Source: Octopus bimaculoides
Lineage: Eukaryota
Direction: 5' to 3'
Length of the DNA: 56,665 bases
Assembly (NCBI RefSeq): GCF_001194135.2
Contig: NC_068981.1
Location: forward strand, 33,161,401-33,218,065
Shown here piece after piece: positions 27,192 to 37,549 of this stretch; positions within the stretch are counted from its first letter, which is position 1, and each line of letters opens with the position of its first letter. Position numbers and translations under genes: made by a program. The notes under the pieces are model-generated. The model was not told where the DNA came from. It did not search any database and worked only from the letters and a program-made list of their open reading frames with translations.

Positions 27192-30024
27192 GAAAGATTC
27201 TAATGAATATACTTAGAGTTCTCAGTTTGTTATATTTGTTCTCAGCCTATCAACTAACATTGACAACCAACAATGGAGTGAATTACAGTTCTCTTCTGAT
27301 GATCTGGCATTGTTTATATTCAATATCATGAAGTGATCACCAAAGAAAGATATTCAAGCTTAGTCAAGTGCTTAGGATATACATATTTAGTCTCACAAAG
27401 AGAGATTTCATGGCAGCCAAAGTAAGATGTGATGTAACATGTTGCAAGAATGTTATGCAATTGTTGTTTAACCCCTAGATTGACTCTGATTTAATAAACC
27501 TATGATCATAAGCATTCTCTCTTTTCAGAGGTATCTTAAGTCTGCACATATCCAATGTGTCCTTCCCTTTCCCATGATGGGTGTGTGTAATTTGATTGGC
27601 TGCTATTTCTAACAGATAAAGCAAGCAGGTTTCTGAAGTTACAGGTTAAAATTGAAATGCATTTCTTTTATATTTTTCAGTGTGTAGGATGGTCGTGGTA
27701 TTTAGCTAATGACATGCAGTTTTATGTTATCAGTCCTATCCTTTTAATACCACTTTCTATGTAAGTAAAGCAAATATATTATGATCATGTTGTTGTTTAG
27801 TTTTAGAACATATCCCTGATCTTGAATACTTGTTATTCAAAGCCTTCCAAATGCGACATCCCAGACTTTAGCTCTCAAACATTAATATATGTAATACATT
27901 GTCTTTCTTGTTTTTTAAAGAATGCTAGAGTATAATATGAAGGAGATGGGTTGCTACTTCTAGAAAATTGACTAACCACATGGATAGTCTCTTGTTAGTT
28001 TGTATATTATGCCGCTGAGACTGTAGGCATGGCTAGGTGATTAAGTTATGAAGGCTTGGGTTCAAATCCCATTACATGATATCTTGGGCAAGTGACTTTA
28101 CTTGTTAGTTACTGGTTTCTAATGAGCCACTAACTTGTTCACTGCATTTCTAAGGTGAGATTGACAAGGAAGTATCTGTAACTGGGTGCTGAACAAATAT
28201 CACAAAGAACTTTATTCAAGGAGCACCAGATTTTTCATTTTGCTTCACATCATTTCTGTTTTTTGTTATATGTATCGACAGAAGATGTATACATGCATAC
28301 AATGTATACATACACACCACACACACACACACACATCACTATTACAATGTCCACTTTTCCATGCTTGCATGGAATTTGTCAAAGCAGATTTCCTATGACC
28401 AGATGCCTTTCTATCAGCAGCCATCACTTGTTTCCAAACAAGGTAATGTTTTTCCCCAAGACTGGAGGTATTTTCTTGAAAGACTGGTAATGAATCTAAC
28501 TCATGCCTCAAGTAGACACTGTAAATCTTTAAATGCAAATCTAACCTAATAAATAAAGGAAAAATTAATGGCACATTGTTCACATTTATTTAGAACTTTC
28601 AGAGTTTTCTCAAATAAATGCACTACTGGTTACAGCATCCGAATAAAATATCAGGCTCGGTCTGACCTTTTGGGTCCAGTATACATAATATATAATTTCC
28701 TCAATGGATATTATCTATCTTAATAGATACTCTTTTACTTTTTTACTTGTTTCAGTCATTTGACTGTGGTCACACTGGAGCACCGCCTTTAGTCGAGCAA
28801 ATCGACCCCAGGACTTATTCTTTGTAAGCCTAGTATTTATTCTATCAGTCTCTTTTTGCCGAACCGCTAAGTTACGGGGACGTAAACACACCAGCATCAG
28901 TTGTCAAGCGATGTTGGGGGGACAAACACAGACACACATACATATATATATACATATATACGACGAGCTTCTTTCAGTTTCCATCTACCAAATCCACTCA
29001 CAAGGCTTTGGTCGGCCCGAGGCTATAGTAGAAGACACTTGTCCAATGTGCCACGCAGTGGGCCTGAACCTGGAACCATGTGGTTGGTAAGCAAGCTACT
29101 TACCACACAGCCACTCCTACGCCTATAGATAATAACTTTTCTTTCTGATCTTCCTTCAGTCTGTCGGAATCACTTTAGTGGGTGCACTCAGCAACATCAT
29201 AGATTAAATCTTGGCATGAAACATATACAACAGTTAAATGTCCTTACACTATGATCTGATAATATCACACAACCCCTCTCTCTTTGACAAAGGCACTGAT
29301 CAATAAAGTAGTAGTTAGTCTGCTTGAATTTACTGCTAGAAAACATATCCCACTTTTGTTACAATGTATGTTAATTTTTGCTGAGATATTCTGGATTTGA
29401 TAAGAATAGAATGGCATTTAACTCCTCTCAGTCAATAGCATTTTAGTCGATCAAATGAGGGATTGATTAAATATGAATCATCATCATCATCATCATCGTT
29501 TAACGTCCGCTTTCCATGCTAGCATGGGTTGGACGATTTGACTGAGGACTGGTGAAACCGGATGGCAACACCAGGCTCCAATCTAATTTGGCAGAGTTTC
29601 TACAGCTGGATGCCCTTCCTAATGCCAGCCACTCAGAGAGTGTAGTGGGTGCTTTTACGTGTCACCCGCACGAAAACGGCCACGCTCGAAATGGTGTCTT
29701 TTATGTGCCACCCGCACAAGCCAGTCCAGGGGCACTGGCAACGATCTCGCTCGAAAACCCTACAAGGCCAGTCAGGCGGTATATATATATAGTTATTTAC
29801 AATGTGCATCAACTGGTTGTGTCAATTTATTTAAATCAAAGAGGTGCAGGAGTGGTTGTGTGGTAAGAAGCTTAGGTGCAGGAGTGGCTGTGTGGTAAAA
29901 AGCTTGCTTACCAACGACACAGTTCTGCCACTGCATGGCACCTTGGGTAAGTGTCTTCTACTATAGCCTCAGGCCGACCAAAGCCTTGTGAGTGGATTTG
30001 GAAGACAGAAACTGAAAGAAGCCC

Positions 30025-30122
<98 letters not shown>

Positions 30123-32015
30123 TTTGTCCCCCTGCCATTGCTTGACAACTGATGGTGGTGTGTTTATGTCCCCATAACTTAGCAGTTCACAGCCATTGAG
30201 GTACAGAAGTCGCCAAACTGCCCCAAGGACTGGACCTTGTGGTGGTTGTATATCATTTTGCATTAAAGCACCTGTCCTGGTGCCACATAAAAGTACCCAG
30301 TACACTCTGTAAAGTGGTTGGCATTAGGAAGGGCACCCAGATATAGAAACCATGGCAAAACAGACAACTGGAGCCCAGGTAGCTCTCCAGCAGGCCAGCT
30401 CCTATCATAAAAGTCCAACCCATGCCAGCATGGAAAATAGACATTTGAGGATGATGATGATGATGAATCTCCCTTTAACTCGTTAGCATTTAAACCAGCC
30501 ATATCCAGCTATATCTGGCCAAAATATTCTGTTTTATGTTTAAACCAGCCAGATCTAGCCTCTCACACCAACCCAGCAACACCATTCTGAAAATAAACAG
30601 TTACCTCATCAAAATCTCAAAGCTATAAGATAATGCATGACAAAATCAAAACAATATGAACAAGAGCACTCAGAGAGTGCAAACCTCAGCCAAGGCAACA
30701 CCAACGTCCTCTCAACAATTCGCTGGAGATGATTTTTAAAATGAGAATATATCTGAAATAAACTCAACTGCTTTCACAAACAAGAATACTAAATATGAAC
30801 CCGACCACTCTCAAAAATTAAGTGAAGAAATGGAAAAATAACCCAGAATCCTTGTGCGGTACTGGATCGATCCCAAAATCTAATCAGTTCATGTCAGCCA
30901 CAAGGCCAAACATCCCTGGAAGTTTCATCCGAATCCATCCAGCAGTTCTTGAGATATCTTGTCCACAGACAAACAAACATACATAACTGAAAACAGTACC
31001 TCTGCCTTTGCTAAGGCAGAGGTAAAAAAGAAGTTTTACAATTGACAGGGTAACCTGAGTGCTAAAGGGTTAATCCTTTAAACTGCTTTATTACTTTCTG
31101 TTTTCTCCCATAAAAATTTTCTCCTTACTTAATTAATAAATAATATTTGTTAATTATATTTTCAGGTTTCCTGCCATAGGCTTTACTATCTTTTTTGCTT
31201 TACTTTTGGCTCAAATGCTTTCTGCAGGAATAATTTCAACAACAGAAGATTTACCTGCTGTTATGTTTAATGCCAAATCGTAAGTCTATAATTTCAGTAT
31301 AACTTTTAATTGGTTTATTCTCATAGGAAAAGCATTTTCTACAGCATAACTGGTAATAACCCTTTCTGTTATAGGCAAAAGGCATGAAATTTGGGCAGGA
31401 GGCGACTAGTTGATTACATCAACTCCAGTGTTTAACTGGTATTTAATTTATCAACCCTGAAAGGATGAAAAGCAAAGTCAACTTCAATGGAATTTGAACT
31501 CAGAACATACTAGCAGACAAAATACCGCTAAGCATTTTGCCCGTCGTGCTAACGATTCTGTCAGCTCACTGCCTTGATTAAAATAACAAACCAAAATAAT
31601 AGTGAGATGAGTAAGATTTGAGTATTTAATGTATAAGTTTGAGAGATTTAAGGGTAATAGAAACACAACCACATGTGAGAAGAGAAAGTTTCATAACCAT
31701 TGGTATTTAGGATAAAAGTTTACAGTCCTGATGTGAATGTATGGTAAGAAATTTGCTTCCCAAACACATTGCTTCAGGTTCAATCCCACTGCACGGTACC
31801 TTGGGCAAGTGGGCCAAGGTACTTTTGTCCCATTTAAGTGACCTTCCAGGTTCGTATTCGGGGAAGATATTCTGCCATTTGAAAATTTTTCGTCGTCAGG
31901 CTGACAGCTTCCTGACAGGCACGCTTCCATTATAACCATTGGACAAGTGATTTGGTGTATTGTTTGAAATTATCTTTTCTTTTTAAGTAAAGTTAAATCA
32001 TAATTAAATTTTTAC

Positions 32016-32096
<81 letters not shown>

Positions 32097-33464
32097 CATT
32101 ATTTTTATTATTAAATTCTGCCAAGGTCAACTTTGCCTTTCATCCTTTTGGGGTTGATAAATAAGTACCAGTCGAGTACTGGGGTCAATGTAATCAACTT
32201 ATCTACTCCCCTGAAATAACTGGCCTTGTGCCAAAATCTGAAATCATTATTATTATTATTGAGTGAGAGAGCAGTGCATGCCATCAAAATGACACTGAGG
32301 TAAAATATATGAAGCCCAGTATACCTATCATGACTACTCGTCTGATAAGGGTACACCAGGCACATGCATCACAACCATATGTGTGCAACATGGTGATCCC
32401 ATATCAAGATAAACAGCATATGACTTTGTAGATGGGGCCCAGTTAGAATTTTCGTCAGGTCGAGTAGCCCATCCCACTCAAAAATTCCCTGATTAAGGGT
32501 TGTTTAAGGATGTTGAATGAAACACCCATGTTTCCAGAGGTGAATAATTCAAACCCCAAAGAATTCCTCTCAACACATGGCTATGATGCTCCCCCACTAC
32601 TTCTGCTCATGATCAGAGATGCACATATCAGCCACTAAGGCTCAACTGGTTAAGGTCAAACAACTGACAAACAAATCTGTGGTATTGAGAAGAATATTTG
32701 CTGTAACCTCTCTTTTATACCAAGACAAAACAATATACCCGATGACACTTCCAATCAGTTAAGATGAGAAGCCATGAGAGCCACTGCCTGGTACTGCATC
32801 AGGGCATTTTACTATTATTATTACTAAGGCAGCAAGCTAACACGATTGTTAACTCACCAGGCAAAATGCCTAGCACCATTTCATCCATCCTTACTTTCTG
32901 AGTCCAAAATTCCACCGAAGTCAACTTTGTCTTTCAGGGTTGATAAAATAAGTACCAGTTGAACATTGAAGTTGAAGTAATCAATTTAACCCTTCCTCCG
33001 ATCTTGCTAGCCTTGTGCCAAAATTTGAAACCATTATTATTACTCTTTTACTCTTTTAATTGTTTCAGTCATTTGACTGTGGCCATGCTGGAGCACTGCC
33101 TTTAGTCGAGCAAATCGACCCCAGGACTTATTCTTTGTAAACCTAGTACTTATTCTATCGGTGTCTTTTGCCGAACTGCTAAGTTACGGGGACGGAAACA
33201 CACCAGCATCGGTTGTCAAGTGATATTGGGGGGACAAACACACACACGCACATATATATGTACATATATTAGATGGGCTTCTTTCAGTTTCTGTCTACCA
33301 AATTCACTCACAAGGCTTTGGTCGGCCTGAGACTATAGTAGAAGACACTTGCCCAAGGTGCCACGCAGTGGGAGTGAACCCAGAGCCATGTGGTTGGTAA
33401 GCAAGCTACTTACCACACAGCCACTCCTGCGCCTAATTATAATAATAATAATTATAATTATTAT

Positions 33465-33517
<53 letters not shown>

Positions 33518-33717
33518 AGGCAGTGAGCTGGCAGATTCATTAACATACTGGATGAAATGCTTAGTGGTATTTCACCTGTCACTGCATTTGGAGTTCAAAG
33601 ATTTTGCCTTGTATTCTTTCAGGGTCAATAAATTAAGTACCAGTGAAATACTGGGGTCAATGTAATTGACTAGTCCCCTTCCTTCAAATTTCAGGCTTTG
33701 TGCTTTTAGTAGAAAAG

Positions 33718-33775
<58 letters not shown>

Positions 33776-36700
33776 CATTTCAGAATGAGTATTAAATATT
33801 TTCAGCATATCTATGTCAAGCCGTACACTCGTATTGGGCCCTATATTATTGGGATGCTGTATGGTTATTACCTAAGCCTAAATAAATGTAAAATGAATCT
33901 AAATAAGGTAAGTTGTCAAATAAATTCTCTATTTGTTCCATGAGAATATGGATGGCATGATTTTCTTGCCTAAATTAGGATGTACTGCATACACACACAC
34001 ACACAACAAATTTTTAACTACAGAAACCCTTCAGTCCACCTTCTGAGAGAATGGTGCCTCACCAAATATAGATTTGCGTGTGTGTGTGCATGTTTGTGTG
34101 TAATTTTATATTGATATCATGATTGTAAATGAGCATCGCCATCATACAAGCAATGTTGTTCATTTATAGACTTCAGTGAAAAATATGCTTTATCATTGAA
34201 AAATATCATCTTGCTTGGAAATGGGTGGGTGACAAGGAGAGCATCTCGTTGTAGAAAATTTGTCTCAACAAATTTTCATCTGACCAGTGTGAAAATGGGA
34301 AACAATGGACATTAAGTCATGATGATGATAATGATGACAATGGAGAGGATTATGATGATGTTGATGTTTTTCTGATGATATGAAATAAGTCATCATTATC
34401 ATCATCATCATCATCATCATTTAACGTCCGTTGTCCATGCTGGCATGGGTTGGACGGTTTGACCAGGGTTGGCAAGCTGGAAGGCTGCACCAGACTCCAG
34501 TCTGATTTGGCATGGTTTCTACAGCTGGATGCTCTTCCTAACACCAGTCACTCTGAGAGTGTAATGGATGCTTATACATGCCACCAGCATGGGTGTCATT
34601 TGCATGACACTAGTATCTGCCACAACTGTGATTTTACTTGGCTTGATGGGTCTTCTTCTCAAGCACAACATGATGTCAGAAGTCTTTATCATTTGTCGTT
34701 GCCTCCATAAGGCCCAACACTCGAAAGGTGCTTTTTACATACCACCAGCACAGGTGCCAGTTATGTGACACCAGCATCAGCTGCGACCACAATTTCACTG
34801 GATCTTTTCATGTCTACAATTTCAGTTGGCTTGCCGAGTCTTCTCAAAATTTATTACCTCCGCCTTAGTAAAGGCAGAGGTATTGTTTTCAGTTGTGTTT
34901 GTTCGTCCGTGGACAAGATATCTCAAGAACCTCTGGATGGATTCAGATGAAATTTTCATGGATGTTTGGCCTCCTGACTGGCACAAACTGATTAGATTTT
35001 GGAATCAATTCAGTACCAGACAAGGATTCTGGATTATTTTTCCAAATTTTTTACTTAATTTTTGAGAGCAGTCAGGTTCATTTTTAGCATTCTCGTTTTT
35101 GAGAGCAGTTGAGTTTATTTTCATTTTAAAATAAACTCAACTGATATTCTCATTTAAAAAATCATCTCGAGCTAATCATTGAAAGAACATTGGTGTTGCC
35201 TTGGCAGAGGTTTGTGTTCTCTGAGTGCTCTTGTTTATTCAATGCTATCAGAATATTTCAGTCTTTTAAATTGTTTATATTCACTAAATAACAACACATG
35301 CCATTACTAGTTTAGTGAAGCCTACTGTTGATTTTATGTTTAATTATGCTGAACTGAACTTAATCAATATGTTTACATTCTGTTTCTTAATGTTAACTGA
35401 AAGAAACTAAAGTCTCCCCACTACATCCACCAGTATATATATGTTTACGTTAGTTATCTAAGTATTTCATCTTTTCAGTATGTCTGTGCCATGATCTGGT
35501 TGATGGCGACTTCAAATGCTATAACTGTCCTTTATGGCTTGTATAATATTTACAATGGTGATGGAGTTACTGAAGGAACAATCTCTTTTTATACAGCAGT
35601 CCATCGCAATGTCTGGGCTGTAAGTGTTGGTTGGGTAATCTATGCCTGCTGTACAGGATATGGAGGTAGGTTATACATCTTATCAATTATAAACATTGAA
35701 CTAAATTCAAGTAAGTTTTAGCACTTTATAAACACTAACCCAAGATAGTAAAAAAAAATATATGCAAACCATCCTGTTAACAGACCGATGCAAGTTTCTT
35801 CCTATCATAGATTTGTGCTTATAAAAGTGTGTGTGTTTGTGTGTGTTTTGCTAGTACTTTGCCATGGCTTCCTGTGACAGTTGTAAACAAGTGTCACTGT
35901 CATGCAAGCAGTGTCGTTTATTTCCAATTCTTCATGAAGACATGCCTGGCCATGGTAAATATTACCTTACTCTGAAATGTGTGAGGGTTAGTGACAAAAA
36001 AAAAAACATTCAGCTGTAGAAAATCTGTCTTGATAAAGTCCATCAAACTCATACAAGAATGGAAACATGGACATTAGATTATGATGATGTTGATGAGGAA
36101 AAGTTTTATTTTCATATTTAGTTTGCAAGTTTCTTAATGTGAACTTGGGTATTGAAGCATATTTTGTTGTATCTCAGGAGGATCATTATGCCAATATTAA
36201 ACACACACTGGTTCTATTTCACTTCTTATATTGTTATCAGTCAAGCAGACCTGGAATTAGAAAGGGCATGTCAATGGTGGTGTTATGAATGATGGCAAAA
36301 AGACTTTGACAAACTTAGCCGATTGATTCGTTCATTTATACATTGACTGAACAACAAATCAAACAACTGGTTAGTTAATTGGTCAAACGCTTAATTAATT
36401 GACTGATAATAATAAAAGAAGTGAATAAGAACCAGTACATGTGTTTATTATTGGCATAATGACTCTCCTGAGATACAACAAAAGATAAAAATGATTTTTT
36501 TTTAAACCTAATGTTCTCTATTTAGAAATTGAAAGAAAAGAGTTTTATTTATTTTGTTTTTTATTGTAGGTTTTGTGAATACAATTTTATCATGGAAAGC
36601 CTTCATTCCACTGAGTCGTCTCACATACTGTGCTTACTTAGTCCATCCAGTTGTGATATACCTGTTCTATTTAAACCAAAAGTATCCACTTTACATCACA

Positions 36701-37500
36701 AACTTTAATATTGTAAGTAGATATTTGATCTTATACAAAAACTGAACTTATAGGCGCAGGAGTGGCTGTGTGGTAAGTAGCTTGCTTACCAACCACATGG
36801 TTCTGGGTTAAGTGCCACTGCGTGGCACCTTGGGCAAGTGTCTTCTACTATAGCCTCAGGCCGACCAAAGCCTTGTGAGTGGATTTGGTAGACAGAAACT
36901 GAAAGAAGCCCGTCGTATATATGTATATGGATATATATATGTGTGTGTGTATATGTTTGTGTGTCTGTGTTTGTCCCCCAACATCGCTTGACAATCGATG
37001 CTGGTGTGTTTACGTCCCCGTAACTTAGCAGTTCGGCAAAAGAGACCGATAGAATAAGTACTAGGCTTACAAAGAATAAGTCCTGGGGTCGATTTCTTCG
37101 ACTAAAGGTGGTGCTCCAGCATGGCCGCAGTCAAATGACTGAAACAAGAAAAAGATTAAAGAGTAAAGAGAGTAATGATTTTCTTAAAACAGAGACTGGA
37201 ATTTAGAAGACATTAACTGGCATTAGGCACCATGCAAATGGCACCCATGAATCGCAGTCGTGGTTGCTGCCAGTGCCATGTAAATGGTACCCATGAATCG
37301 TAGTCATGGTCGTTGCCGGTGCCATATAAATGGCACCCGTGTTGGTGGCACATAAAAGTACTCATTGCAGTGGTTGCTGTTAGGAAGGGCATCCAGCTGT
37401 AGAAACAATGCCAATTCAGACTGGAACCTGGTGCAGCTCACTGGCTTATCAGCTCCAGTCAAACCTTCTAACCCATACCAGCATGGAGAGTGGATGTTAA

Positions 37501-37549
<49 letters not shown>

